Counted from the whole stretch's first letter, positions 40,450 to 54,647 are shown. The stretch is 63,295 nt of DNA, filler included, from Conidiobolus incongruus B7586 (GCA_000697335.1; 29 parts of 29 records of this genome joined end to end with filler, not necessarily neighbours in it); one strand, 5' to 3'. Notes: generated by a model from the letters alone, not told the origin. A program made the numbers and translations.

Positions 40450-42032
40450 CACTAGCCTACAAAAGTGAGTCATAAAATAAAAGTCATTTATATATTTACT
40501 TGTAACTTAAATAATTCTTAACTAAATTAATTTAAATTAAAGTATATAATTAAAGTATATTACCTGATTATAATAGGTTGTATTTTATTATATTTTATAT
40601 ATTTTTGGTTAATATATCAAATCTTAAATTTTAAATAAGGTGAGTCATAAATTTATAGGTTTAAGAGTTAAAAGAGTATATAAAACAAAAATCACTTAAA
40701 TCTTTTTTTCTTTTATTAAATTATATATATATATATATATACTAAAATTATTACTGTAAATTATTATTTTAAATATTATTAGTATTAAAATACTTAAATC
40801 CCTCTCTAAAAAAATTCACTTGTATATTAATTAACTTTATAATGAAGGTAAATCAACTTATGAGATTATTGGAATTACTAGTATTAGCTAGTTTACTATA
40901 GTCAAAGCTGTTAAAAATTATGGTAAGGATATATCTAAACCTTAACTTAAATGTGCTAGGATTATAAATTAATATAATGAAAGATATATTTATAGGTTAG
41001 TTAATATAAGTAAATATAATACTACTGTAAAATATAAACAGAATTACAAAACTATATAAGAATATTAATTAGTATTGATAATATTATATATACTTTATAT
41101 TATAATAAATACTACTTATACTTTAAGAAAAAACACCCTTAACTAAAAAAATCTTATTGTAAAACTAAGCAAGAGTTTAAATGTTATTATTAAAGTTAAA
41201 CTAAAATTAATTAAAATAAAGTTATTTAGTTTAACAAAATAAAAATATACCTTAGTAAATTTAATAAAAAAGCTAGATAGTTCAAAAAAAAAGAATTACT
41301 TTATAACTATTATGTTATTTTAACCTAAAAATATAATGGTAGGTTAATTATAGTTTAAAGATATATGTTATCTTTTGCTATAAGATATCTTTATAAAATT
41401 AATAAGGGAATTAATATTAAGATTTATTAAAATATTTTAAATAATAAATTAAAAAAAACTATTAAATAATATAAGTTAAATAAATCAGATATTATTTTTT
41501 AATAAGATAATACCTTTTGTTATACTATTATTTTAATTATAAAATAGTGAAAAAATAATAAAATAATAGTTATAAAGTAGTTTCTTTAATTTTTTAACTT
41601 TAATCTAATTAAACACCTTTAGGATCAGTTAAAAAAAATAGTTAAAGTTTTCCCACCAGCAAAAAATTTAAATAAGCTTTAAAAATGTATTTAAGAAGCT
41701 TAGAACAAAATTAATCTTTTGTAATATAAGAAGTTAACTGACTTTATACCCTATAAACTTAAGGAAGTTAAGAAAACAAAAAATATATATACTAAGTTTT
41801 AATTTTCTTTCTATAACTAAAATACACAAAATTATAACTCATCTTAAGTAAAATTTAAACTTTAATATATCAATTAAAATTTAATATAATTATATCAAAT
41901 ATATTTAATTATAATTAAATAATTTAAGTTTAAGATATGTTTTAATTTAAATTAATTTAATTAAGAATTAACAGAGTTATTGATAATAATATATATAATC
42001 ATAATTTTATAACTTACCTTTGTAGGCTAGGG
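40450..42032 (+). mobile_element. Full-length Tc1 copy
   Basis: TA|CACTAGCCTACAAAAGTGAGTCATAAAA ... AACTTACCTTTGTAGGCTAGGG|TA. Collinear with 33565-35138. Confidence 0.9.
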
Positions 42033-42599
42033 TAGTTATATTTAATAAATTTTTAGAAAANNNNNNNNNNNNNNNNNNNNNNNNNNNNNNNNNNNNNNNN
42101 NNNNTTAATTAATTAANNNNNNNNNNNNNNNNNNNNNNNNNNNNNNNNNNNNNNNNNNNNATAAATAGATATTGATAAAAGACTAGTTCTTTAAATCGTT
42201 ATATATATTTCTAAATAATTCAATTAAATTTAAATTATATGGTTAATTGATACTTTTATTATTAAATTAATTATATAAATAATATTGAATTATATAATAA
42301 ATACGGTTTTTTTCCCTCAATTCTTATTATTTTTTATCTTTTACAATATTTTTAAAATTAAATCTACTCTCTATTAATATCATAATATATTAACACTATC
42401 TAATATCATCTTTAATATATTAATGACTTATTTTAATTTAAATCTTATTTAAACTTTGTTTATATTTGCACATTATATCTTATGTTATTATATTATATTT
42501 TATACCATATTACTTTTATATTGAGTTTTTTTTCTATATTATATTAGTTTAACTATCATTTTACTTATATAATAAAAGCAATATAACTATTAAAATCCT

Positions 42600-44095
42600 A
42601 TTATCAAATGAATGACTATTTATGTTAGCTATATTTATTATTATTTTAAACTTTATCTATAACTTACTTTATTTAAATTTAAAACTATATATTATCATAC
42701 CATTAAAAAAATACCTTTATATTACTTTAATTATGATAATATTTCAATTGCAAAGTAAATCTAAGATTTTAATTTTTATAAACTTATTATTTTTTAAGAG
42801 ACTTATATTAAATAACTTTTGGTTAAGAAAAATATAACTTAAAAAGCTTAAATTTAATAAAATATTTATTTTACTATTATTAATATATTAAACTATGCTT
42901 TTAATGTTTTTAAGGATATATTAACTATTAAAAATAGAATTAAATATTTTTATAAGTATAAAAGCTATTTTAAAACTATAAAAATTATTTTAATTTAATT
43001 CTTAATAAAAATCTAAAAAATATCTTTAAATTAGTTATTTCTTTTTTGGAAAAATTTACTTACATTTATAAGTTAACTTATTACAAGCTTAATTCTAAAA
43101 AGTCCTTAAGAGGATAACCTATTACCAAAATATAAACCTTTATACAATTAGAAAAAACTTTTAAAATAAGATATTACTTAAAAAATCAAGTTTAATTAAT
43201 AAGAGAGAGGTTTTTTTAACTTAAATAAATAACTTTTATAATGTAATTAATTGAGGAATTTAATGAGATATATTTAAATATATAAAATATCACTAAAGAA
43301 AAATAAATCTATAAGTTTTATAATTTCTTAATTTTCAAATAAAGTATTAATTAGTTAATAAAAAATATTTTAATAATATATTATTATCTAATATTTATAA
43401 TATTTTATTATAATTGATAATTTTTTTATTCTATAATTAAATCTAGTTATTTAAAGAATTATTATTGTAAAACTTACTTTAGCTTGTTTAAATCTTAAAT
43501 AATAAATATTTTTAATTTAAGGTATTATAAGAAATCTATTGATAAAAAAGTTAAAGCTTATTAAAGAATTAATAAATATTATTACAATTTTTAAAGAATT
43601 TTAAATTAATTATAATATAAATAAATATTTTTTAAAAAAATAACATTAGTTTAATTTATAATAATCTAAATCTATTAATTATAAATTAAACTTAAATAAT
43701 ATTAATATAATTTTAAAAATTTTTTTTATAATTAATTAATAAATTTTAAACTAATTTAAAAAAGTTTTAATAAAATATTGATTTTATAAATTAAAATATA
43801 TATACTAATGAAATTTAACTTATTAAACTACTAAAAACTAAAAGTATTCTAGTAATTAATCTATTTTATAACTTTTATATTTAATTATCATTTTATTATT
43901 TGTTTTAACTAATTACTTTATAGTTATACTTATTAGTGTTTGAATTATCTTTTTTTATTTTAGGTGTATTATATTTTTTTTAAAATTTAAAGTTATCTTT
44001 ACTTATTTAAAAAAGTAACCTAATAATTAAATATACTAATAACTTAATAAAATAAGAATTTAATATTATATTTAAATAGTTTTAATTATTTCCCA
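42600..44095 (+). mobile_element. Possible hAT-superfamily transposase relic
   Basis: After reversing transitions: ILKSPQR (~43095), LLK(Q)DIT..ERFF (~43160-43215), LLACLNLK resembling LDPR (~43480) and NLLNY* resembling PLxYW (~43815), in hAT order. Very degraded, boundaries approximate. Confidence 0.4.
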
Positions 44096-45461
44096 NNNNN
44101 NNNNNNNNNNNNNNNNNNNNNNNNNNNNNNNNNNNNNNNTTAATTAATTAANNNNNNNNNNNNNNNNNNNNNNNNNNNNNNNNNNNNNNNNNNNNAATAG
44201 TTTAAAATGAAATATATATAATTATATTAAACTCAGCTCTATTTTTCAAAACTTTTAATAATTTATTACTTGATTAACTTTTTAATATTTTAAATAAATC
44301 TATAAAACTAAATATAAACCAATATTTATGAATCCAAAATTAAATACATAATCTTTATACTTTTATTTTAAACTTTTATAAGAAATTAATATATAGTATA
44401 ATTGGATATAAAAGGAATTTATATTTTAATCTTATTTTTAATAATTATTCTATTGGATTATTATTTTCTTAATATTTATTAAATTAATCAAATCTCAAAT
44501 AATTTTGTCAAAACTATTGACTTGGCAACTAGTTGGACCACCCTAGACTAGCAAGAGCTATTTGCCAAGGTTAGCTGATAAGATGGTTGGGAATTATACC
44601 TTCCATGAGACCGAGACTTAGAGTCTCATAACGATGGATATACTTGCGAGCTTATGTATTAATAAATTTACATAGAATATCACCAAAAATCAAAAAAAAG
44701 AGTAATTAGATGCTTGGCCATGGCTCTGTTTCCTAGCTATAGTTTAACTTTAAAATTTCAATTATAATATTATTAAGAACTAATTTATTTCTAGTTAATT
44801 TATTAATTTAATTTACTAAGGTTAGTCAGAATAAATTTAGGTTAACTTATTGCTATTGACTTTTGTACTATGATATATTCTCCAAATATGGTTATTATGT
44901 TTTTTATCCAGCTAATATTGAATATGCTTTGGCTTGTCTAGCTTATTTTGGATATACTTTCCTCTTCAGGAATCAATGGACTGACCACTTTAATACTCAT
45001 AAGCATTGCTAAGAATATGACAAATATAAAATAAGAATTAGTGTTGTTATTGAAAAATGAAGTAATAATTAATAAAAATGGATATAGATTAAATAATGCC
45101 AATTAATAATATATATATCATTATAATCTGCTTAATACTACTATACAATAATATAACAAATTATTATATTTTTAATATCAGATATATTGATAAAATTATC
45201 TAGGTTTGTTAATTTACTAGCCTAATTATTATAATAGTTAAAAAAAGTAATTTGACAGATTATTAAGAATTTAAAGGTTTTCTAATTCATATTTTTTAGC
45301 AAATATATAAAAATTGTTATTCTATAATATTACTCTATATTTTAAATAATTGGTATTTTTTGTAATTAAAAATAAATTAACATTTTGATATATAATATAT
45401 AAAAATAATAATATATTATAAAATTAATAGTTTCTCCTATTATTAATAACTTCTTACTATA

Positions 45462-46112
45462 TATTAACCTATAAAAGTAAGTTATAAAATCAAAAACACT
45501 TATATTTTTACTAATAATTTAATTAATATATAACAAAATAAACTTAAATTAAATAATGAAAAAATCTATTATATTTATTAATAATATATATCATTAAATA
45601 ATAATATTTAGTTATTAATTGGTTAAAATATAAACCTTTAAATTTTACTTAAGTTATAAATTTATAGGTTTTTAATAATGAAAAAAATTCAAACTTAGTG
45701 TATTTATCTTTAATTTTTTTAACTTCTTTAAGTTTATAAGGTATAAAATCAATTAACTTCTTATATTAAAAAGGGTTAACTTTGTTTTATGCTTCTTAAA
45801 TATATTTTTAAAGTTGATTTAAATTTTTTATTAAAAGGAAAGCTTTAATGATTTTTTTCAATTATTTTTAAAAATATTTAATTAAGGTTAAACAATTAAA
45901 AAAACTACTTTATAACTATTATCTTGTTATTTTTAAGTTATTTGGTAGTAAAAGTAATAATATAATAAAAAACATTATCTTATTAAAAAATAATATTTAA
46001 TTTGTTTAACTTATATTATTTAATAATTTTTGTCAATTTATTATTTAAAATATTCTAATATAGTTTAATATTAATTTCTTTATTAACTTTATAAAGATAA
46101 CTTATACTTAAA
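45462..46112 (-). mobile_element. Tc1 3' portion, cut by the spacer
   Basis: TIR remnant TATTAACCTATAAAAGTAAGTTATAAAA plus collinear transposase C-terminus. Confidence 0.8.
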
Positions 46113-46212
46113 NNNNNNNNNNNNNNNNNNNNNNNNNNNNNNNNNNNNNNNNNNNNTTAATTAATTAANNNNNNNNNNNNNNNNNNNNNNNNNNNNNNNN
46201 NNNNNNNNNNNN

Positions 46213-47934
46213 AATCATTATTAATAATATTTTTTAATATAATTTAATAAATTTTTTATTCCTTTTATTAATATTCATTGAGTTAATATTTATTAGATTT
46301 TTATAATTAAAGTAAAAAATAAATATATAAGGTTTTTTAATAAAATATCTATATTATAACTTTATTAACCTAAGATATTAGATAAAGGAAAAATAAATTT
46401 AGATAGTTTAAATTTATTTAACTTAATTTTTTAATATATCCTTCTAAGTATTTAAGTAAATAAATAATTTATAGTTTGTAAATATTAAAAAAATTATAAA
46501 ATAACAAATAAAAGTGATTTTTGATTATTTTTATTAAAGCAAAGAATTTTTATATATAAACTAGATATTTTAATTTAGCTGGTTTTATTTCTTTAATTAG
46601 AATGTTATTAGTTTTAAGGTAATATTTATAAGATTAAACTTAACTTATTCTCCTTTATTTATTATTTTATTTTATAGTTAAGTAAAATATAAATTAAATT
46701 TAAACTAAGCTAATTATCTATTAATTATAAAAAAATTAAAGTTAATAAAAATAATAATAGGTAATTTTAAATTAAAAATAAATAAGATAAAAGGATTAAT
46801 AATATAAAAAATCAAAATATTTATATAAAAAGAATATAATAAAGTTTATTTAAAAAAGGAGTTTTTTCTTAAGAGATTAATTGTACTGGATATTTACTAG
46901 ATTTATTAGACTAATAGAGCAGAGTTAGGGTGCAAAGGAAGCTAAACCAAGAAAGGTTGATCAACAGACTAACTACATTAGAGTCCACCTGCTGTAGAAG
47001 GTTATATTGTCTAACTATTTATAAGAGAATGATTCGCGTTGATTTATGGGAATTCTGAGAATGGTTATGAATCTGTGACATTAATTAAAAAAATTATAAG
47101 TTTAAGAACAAAATCAATAAAATCTCTAAAATAATTTAATAAACTAAATATAAACATAAATTAATCTTTGATTATAAATATAATAAAAACTCTAATACTA
47201 TTTAGTTTAATTAAATTAATATTAATATTTTGAGAAAAAATGATATAACTATTGAAAAAAATAGAAAAAACACTAAAGATACATTTTAATAATTATAGAA
47301 ATAGTTTAAATTCTTAAATAATTTATAAAATTTAATTAACATATTAAATAATTTTTTCTTTATTTTTAAATAGATTATGTTATTATTAAAATAAATACTA
47401 ATAAAACTATTAAAAACAAGATTAAAAAGGGAATTGATAAATTAAGTAAAAATTATAAAGGCGTTATATAATCTAAAGTTTATAATAATAAATTTATAAT
47501 AGCTTGAAAAATATTAAAAATAATTAAAAAAATAAAGATTTTTTGACTTTAATATTATAGTATTTATTTTTAATTTCTAATTGAATAATTATAGTTGATT
47601 TAAGTTATTTATCCTTAATATTATATAAATTTAATGATAAAGTTTTATCTTTAATAGTTTTAAAGTTTAAAATATAATTATTAATATATAATCTTTAACC
47701 ACCATTAATTTTTTATATAAAAAGAATAAAAGATTTTTATGTTAAAAAAAAGTTTTAATATATTTCAAGTAATTTTTAAATTTTTTATTTTAAGGTTTAA
47801 TAATATTCAAGAGATAAATGGTAAGTAAACTTTAAATATAATTATATACTAAAAAAAGTTTGATTTTGTGTTTAATATTATATTTAAATGATAATTTACT
47901 TATAATTTTAAAAACATTAGTAAATTAACTTTTT
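46213..47934 (-). mobile_element. Second copy of Ty3/gypsy family 1 pol relic, interrupted by a solo LTR
   Basis: The reverse complement aligns with ~2810-4330. Sequence on both sides of 46882-47080 rejoins to match CTTATAATTCTTTTAACTAATCTCCTAAGAAAAAACTC (~3650-3690). Confidence 0.82.
46882..47080 (-). mobile_element. Solo LTR (199 bp) of Ty3 family 2 with perfect 5-bp TSD
   Basis: TGTAC...TGACA termini, with TTAAT at 46877-46881 and 47081-47085. Homologous to 340-539 and 12336-12543. Confidence 0.92.
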
Positions 47935-48067
47935 NNNNNNNNNNNNNNNNNNNNNNNNNNNNNNNNNNNNNNNNNNNNTTAATTAATTAANNNNNNNNNN
48001 NNNNNNNNNNNNNNNNNNNNNNNNNNNNNNNNNNAATATTTATTTTATATTTTGAGTAATTAATTTA

Positions 48068-49363
48068 CACTGGCTTATAAAAGTAAGTGATAAAATTATA
48101 ATTATATATATTATTATCAATAACTCTATTAATTCTTAATAAAATTAAATTAAATTAAAATATATAATACATTTATATTATTTATTTATAATTAAGTATA
48201 TTTGATCCAATTATATTAACTTTTAGTTGATATATTAAAGTTTAAATTTTACTTAAGGTAAGTCATAAATTTATATATTTTAGTTATGGAAAGAAAATTA
48301 AAACTTAATATATCTATCTTTTGTTTTCTTAACTTCCTTAAATTTATAGAGTATAGGGTCAATTAACTACTTACATTAAAAAAGATTAATTTTATTCTAA
48401 ATCTCTTAAATATATTTTTAAAGCTTATTTAATTTTTTTGCTGGTGGGAAAGCTTTATTTATTTTTTTTAACTAATTCTAAAGGTGTTTAATTAGATTAA
48501 AATTAAAAGATTATAGAAGCTATTTCATAACTATTATTTTATTATTTTTAAAGTATTAAGTAATAGAAATAGTAGTATAACAAAAAATATTATCTTGTTA
48601 GAAAATAACATCTAATTTATTTAACCTATACTATTTAATAGTTTTTTTAATTTATTATTTAGAATATTTTAGTATATTTCAGTATTAATTCCCTTATTAA
48701 CTTTATAAAGATATTTTATACCAAAAGATAAAATATATCCCTAAATTATAATTAAGTTACTATTATATTTTTGGGTTAAAATAACATGATGGTAATAAAG
48801 TAATTCATTGTTTTTTCTGAAATATCTAGCTTTTCTATTAAATCTACTAAAATATATTTTTTGTTTTATTAAATTAAATAACCTTACTCTAATTAGTTAT
48901 AATTTAACTTTAGTGGTGACATTTAAACACCTACTTAGCTTTATAGTAAAACTTCTTTAGTTGGGGGTATTTTTTCTTAAGATATAAATGATATCTCTTA
49001 TAATATAAAGTATTTATAATAGTATTAATATTTACTAATATTCTTAAATAAATTTATAATTCTTTCTATATTTTTATAATAATATTACATTTACTTATAT
49101 TAACTAACCTATAAATATACTTTTTATTATATTTATCTATAATCTTAACATACTTAAGTATAAGTTTAAATATATCCTTACTATAATTTTTAACAATTTT
49201 AACTATAGTAGACTAGCTAACACTAGTAATTCTAACAATCTTATAAGTTAACTTACTTTCACTATAAAGTTAATTAATATATAAGTGAATTTTTTTAGAG
49301 AAGGATTTAAGTATTTTAATACTAATATTATTTAAAATAATAATTTACTGTAATAATATTAGT
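48068..49363 (-). mobile_element. Tc1 copy, 5' end cut by the spacer
   Basis: TA|CACTGGCTTATAAAAGTAAGTGATAAAA and collinear transposase. Confidence 0.88.
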
Positions 49364-49463
49364 NNNNNNNNNNNNNNNNNNNNNNNNNNNNNNNNNNNNN
49401 NNNNNNNTTAATTAATTAANNNNNNNNNNNNNNNNNNNNNNNNNNNNNNNNNNNNNNNNNNNN

Positions 49464-50705
49464 TAAATATTTTAATATATAAAAAATAAAAATAAATATA
49501 TAATATAAAATTATTAATTTCTTTTATTTCTAATAACTTTTAGTTATATTTTTGTTAAAGATCTAATATCTAAAAAATAGTTTTTATTAAATATTGAAAT
49601 TTGATGGTTCATAAACTAATTAAATTTTTTTGCAAAAATTTTCTTTTTTGTAAGCTAGTTTTTTAATTGCCCAAAACAATTATAATCACATAGGTTATAA
49701 TCTGGGAAATATATTAGTTATGGTAGTTTTTTCCAGTGATTTTTAATTAGAAAGTTTTTTATAACTTTAGATTTATATATTTTGCAATTTTCATGCAAAA
49801 TAATAGGTCTTCTTAAATTATATTAAAAATACCAATTAAAAATAATTTTATTAAAAAAAAGAAATATAAAGTTTATTATTAATTGATTTTCTTTTAGGAA
49901 CTAATTAAAAATAAAATATGCTATTATAATCCATTACAATAATTAATATTTACTTATCAATAAAGTATTTATTTAAAAGAATTTATAAAAAGGGATAATT
50001 TAGCTTAATCCAACACCTTGTTTTATGTTGTGATTAATGATTATACAAAAAACTCTAAGATTTATCAATTACAATAATTTATTATAAAAACCTTGGTCTC
50101 TGGTTATACCTTAGTAAGTTTTATTTCACAATAGCTATTTTAGCTTTTTTTTAAGCTTGAGTTAAATTATAAGGTACTTATTATATATTTTTATTAATTA
50201 ATTTTAATTTAAACTTTGATATATATAAAAAACTTATGTCACTAATATTAAAATATCTTGATAAATCTTTAGCTAAAATAAAAAAATACTTTTCAATATA
50301 ATTTTTCATTTTATTAATAATAAAAAGAGTGATAGTTGAAATTAGTCTTTTAGAATTAAGCAGGTTTTAGGTAGTTTTTTTTTGCTTTAAAATAATTTAT
50401 CTAGCAATAAATTTTTGATTTAAATAATATTTCATTACCAAAAGCTATTTGTAAATTTTGAATAATTTTAGAGGGTTTGTGGTTAAGTTTTACTAATATT
50501 AAAATAAAAGACTTTTGATAGTTATTATTTGGTTTAAACATGATTAAATTAAAAAACCAATTTTAAAAATTAATTTTTTAATCAAAAAACTTATTATATA
50601 TATATATATTTATAAATATATAATTAAAAACTATTTATTTTTCTATTTTTATATATATATTTTTTTATTTGAAATTAATAATATATTTGAAAAATTAGAA
50701 ATTAA
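49464..50705 (-). mobile_element. Near-full mariner copy
   Basis: Minus-strand FPDYNLCDYNC region (~49680-49710), retained ATG at 50539-50541, collinear with 21186-22505. Confidence 0.85.
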
Positions 50706-50884
50706 NNNNNNNNNNNNNNNNNNNNNNNNNNNNNNNNNNNNNNNNNNNNTTAATTAATTAANNNNNNNNNNNNNNNNNNNNNNNNNNNNNNNNNNNNNNN
50801 NNNNNATAGCATAAAATATAATAATATAATATAAAAATATTTACAAAGTTTAATGGCACTTTAAATTAAGATAAGTCACTAATA

Positions 50885-52350
50885 TACTAACCTATAAATA
50901 TAAGTTATAAAATTATAATTATATATATTATTATCTATAACTCTATTAATTCTTGATTAAATTAATTTAAATAAAAAAATATAATAAATTTATATTATTT
51001 ATTTATAATTCAAAATATTTGATCCAATGATATTAACTTTTAGTTGATATATTAAAATTTAAATTTTATTTAAGATAAGTTATAAATTTGTGTATTTTGG
51101 TTATAAAAAGAAAATTAAAACTTAGTGTATTTATTTTTTGCTTTCTTAACTTTCTTAAGTCTATAGGGTATAAAGTCAACTAACTTCTTATATTAAAAAG
51201 GATTAATTTTATTCTAAGCTTCTTAACTATATTCCTAAAGTTTATTTAAATCTTTTGCTAATAAGAAAGCTTTAACTACTTTTTTTAACTAATCCCAAAG
51301 GTATTTAATTGGATTAAGGTTAGGGGATTAAAGAAGCTACTTTATAACTGTTATTTTATTATTTTTAAACTATTTGGTAGTAGAAATAGTAATATAGCAA
51401 AAGGTATTATCTTGTTAGAAAATAAATCTGATTTATTTAACTTATACTATTCAATATCTTTTTTTAATTTATTGTTTAGAATATTTTAATATATTTTAAT
51501 ATTAATTCCCATATCAACTTTATAAAAATACCTTATATTAGAAAATAATATAATCCCCAAACTATAATTAACCTATCATTATATTTTTGGGTTGAAATTA
51601 CATAATGGTTATAAAGTAGTTTTTTATCTTTTCTAAAATATCTAGCTTTTCCATTAAATCCACTAAAGTATATTTTTGTTTAATTAAATTAAATAACCTT
51701 ACTCTAATTAATTTCAATTTAACTTTAATAGTGACATTCAAATTCCCACCTAGCTTTACAATAGGATTTCTTTAGTTGGGGGTATTTTTTCTTAAAATAT
51801 AAGTGGTATCTATTATAATATAAAATATATATAATAATATTAATAGTAACTAATATTCTTATATAATCATATAATTCTTTCTATACTTCTATAGTAATAT
51901 GATATATATTTATATTAACTAACCTATAAATATATCTTTTATTATATTTATCTATAATCCTAGTATACTTAAGTTTAAATTTAAATATATCTTTATTATA
52001 ATTTTTAATAGCTTTAGTTATAATAAACTAACTAACACTAGTAATTCCAGCAATCTCACAAGTTAATTTATTTTTACTATAGATTTGATTAATATATAAG
52101 TGAATCTTTTTAGAGAGGGATTTAAGTATTTTAATATTAATATTATTTAAAATAATAATTTACAATAATAATATAAGTATATATATATATAATTTAATAA
52201 AAAAAAGATACAAGTAATTTTTGTTTTATATATCATTTTAACTCTTAAACCTACAAATTTATCACTTACCCTATTTAAAATTTAAGATTTGATATATTAA
52301 CCAATAATATATTAAATATAATTAAATATAACCTATTATAATCAAGTAAT
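50885..52350 (-). mobile_element. Near-full Tc1 copy
   Basis: TIR remnant TACTAACCTATAAATATAAGTTATAAAA; collinear with 35613-37161. Confidence 0.88.
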
Positions 52351-52450
52351 NNNNNNNNNNNNNNNNNNNNNNNNNNNNNNNNNNNNNNNNNNNNTTAATT
52401 AATTAANNNNNNNNNNNNNNNNNNNNNNNNNNNNNNNNNNNNNNNNNNNN

Positions 52451-52620
52451 AAACTTCATTTTTCAAAACTATTTATAAATTTAATAAAATTTTAAAATAC
52501 TAATGGTTAAGTGTTATCATTATTAAAATAAAGGACTTTTAATGATTATTATTTAATTAAAATAAAAATAAATTAAATAATTAATTTTTAAATTATAATT
52601 TTTTAGAAAAAAAACATTAT
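52451..52620 (-). mobile_element. Mariner 5' fragment
   Basis: Aligns with 50450-50600 up to the (TA)n tract of the 5' UTR. Confidence 0.6.
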
Positions 52621-52894
52621 ATATATATTATAAAAATAAGTTATAAAATAAAAATCACCTATATATTTACCTATAACTTTAATAATTTTTTATTAAATAA
52701 ATTTTAATTAATATATATAATTAAGATATTTTACCTGATTATAATATGCTATATTTAATTATATTTAATATATTATTGATTAATATATCAAATCTTTAAT
52801 TGTAAATAAAGTGAGTAATAAATTTATAGCTTTATAAGTTAAAAAAATATATAAAACAAAATTTACTTAAATTTTTTATTAAATTAAATATATA
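52621..52894 (+). mobile_element. Tc1 5' end, inserted in the mariner (TA)n tract and itself interrupted
   Basis: Collinear with 33565-33845. Confidence 0.75.
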
Positions 52895-54186
52895 CAATAA
52901 CCTACAAAAATAAGCTATAAAATAAAAAACACTTTTATTTTTACTAATAACTTAATTAATATTTAATTAAATAAACTTAAATTAAATAATTAAAATCTAT
53001 TATATTTATTAATAATATATATTATTAAATGATGATATTTAGCTATTGATTAGCTATAATATAAACTATTAAATTTTACCTAAGGTAAGTTATAAATTTG
53101 TAAGTTTTTGGTAATAAAAAAAATTTCAACTTAATATATCTACCTTTAACTTTTTTAATTTCTTTAAATTTGTGGGGTATAGAATTAACTAACTTCTTAT
53201 ATTAAAGAGGGTTAATTTTATTCTATATTTCTTAAATATATTCCTAAAATTGATTTAAATCTTTTACTAAAGGGAAAACTTTAATAGCTTTTTTTAACTA
53301 ATCACAAAGATATTTAATTAGATTAAAATTAAGAAATTAAAAAAACCACTGTATAACTATTATCTTGTTATTTTTAAGCTATTTATTAATAAAAACTATA
53401 ATATAGCAACAAGTATTATCTTATTAAAAAATAACATTAGATCTGTTTAATCTATACTATTCAATGGTTTTTTTTCAATTTATTATTTAGAATACTTTGG
53501 TATATTTTAATATTAATTTCATTATTAACTTTATAAAGATATCTTATATTTAAAGATAATATATATCCTTAAACAATAATTAGCTTATCATTATATTTTT
53601 AGGCAAAATTAACATGATAGCTATAAAGTAGTTTTATATCTTTTCTAAAGTATTTAGTTTTTTATCAAATTTACTAAGATATATTTTTGTTTTATTAAAC
53701 TAAATAACATTACTCTAATTAGTTTTAATTTAATATTAATAATGACATTTAAATTCCCATCTAGTTTTATAATAAGATTTCTTTAGTTAAGGGTGTTTTT
53801 TCTTAAAGTATAAATGATACTTATGCTAATATAAAATATATATAATAATATTAGTATTAACTAATATTTTTATATAGTTTTATAGTTCCTGTTATATTTT
53901 TATAGTAGTATTATACTTATTTATATTAACTAACCTATAGATATACTTCTTATTATATTTATTTATAATTTTAACATATTTAAGTTAAAATATGTTTTTA
54001 TTGTTATTCTTAACAACTTTAACTATAGTAAATTAACTAACACTATTAATTTTAATAATATCATAAGTTAATTTATTTTTTTTATAAAGTTAATTAATAT
54101 ACAAATAGATTTATTTAGAGAAGGATTTAAATATAATGATATTAATAAAAAAATTTAATATATCTGTAAAATATTATATAAAATAA
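52895..54186 (-). mobile_element. Tc1 copy nested in Tc1
   Basis: TA|CAATAACCTACAAAAATAAGCTATAAAA followed by the collinear transposase. Track ORF 32280-32468 has its counterpart here. Confidence 0.85.
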
Positions 54187-54647
54187 NNNNNNNNNNNNNN
54201 NNNNNNNNNNNNNNNNNNNNNNNNNNNNNNTTAATTAATTAANNNNNNNNNNNNNNNNNNNNNNNNNNNNNNNNNNNNNNNNNNNNAAAACAAACTTTTT
54301 TAAAAAATTTAAATATATTTTTATAATTTACCAAATATTAATTGATATAATAGATTATAATAATATATTATAAGATTCTAAAAAGCTATCCTTGATATTA
54401 TTACTAACTTTGGGTTATAATTCTATAAAGAGCCTTTATCTTAATTAACCATTGCTTATACCTTAGGGTATAATATTGATAAATCTTAATAACTAAATTT
54501 AATAGCTTATATCAAACAATATTTTAGCTAATAATTATTTAAATATATTTACCTATTATTAAATAATAATAATATATATTGCCCCTAAAATCACATTATC
54601 TATAATATTTAAAAAATTATAATATTATTGTTTATCTGAGTATAATA

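Noticed and set aside
42622..42837. 71-aa hydrophobic ORF
   Set aside because: AT-driven composition inside a probable transposase relic; not an independent gene.
44575..44630. Hammerhead ribozyme-like CTGATAAG...GAGAC...GTC
   Set aside because: The core deviates at both CUGAUGA and GAAA, and stem I does not pair.
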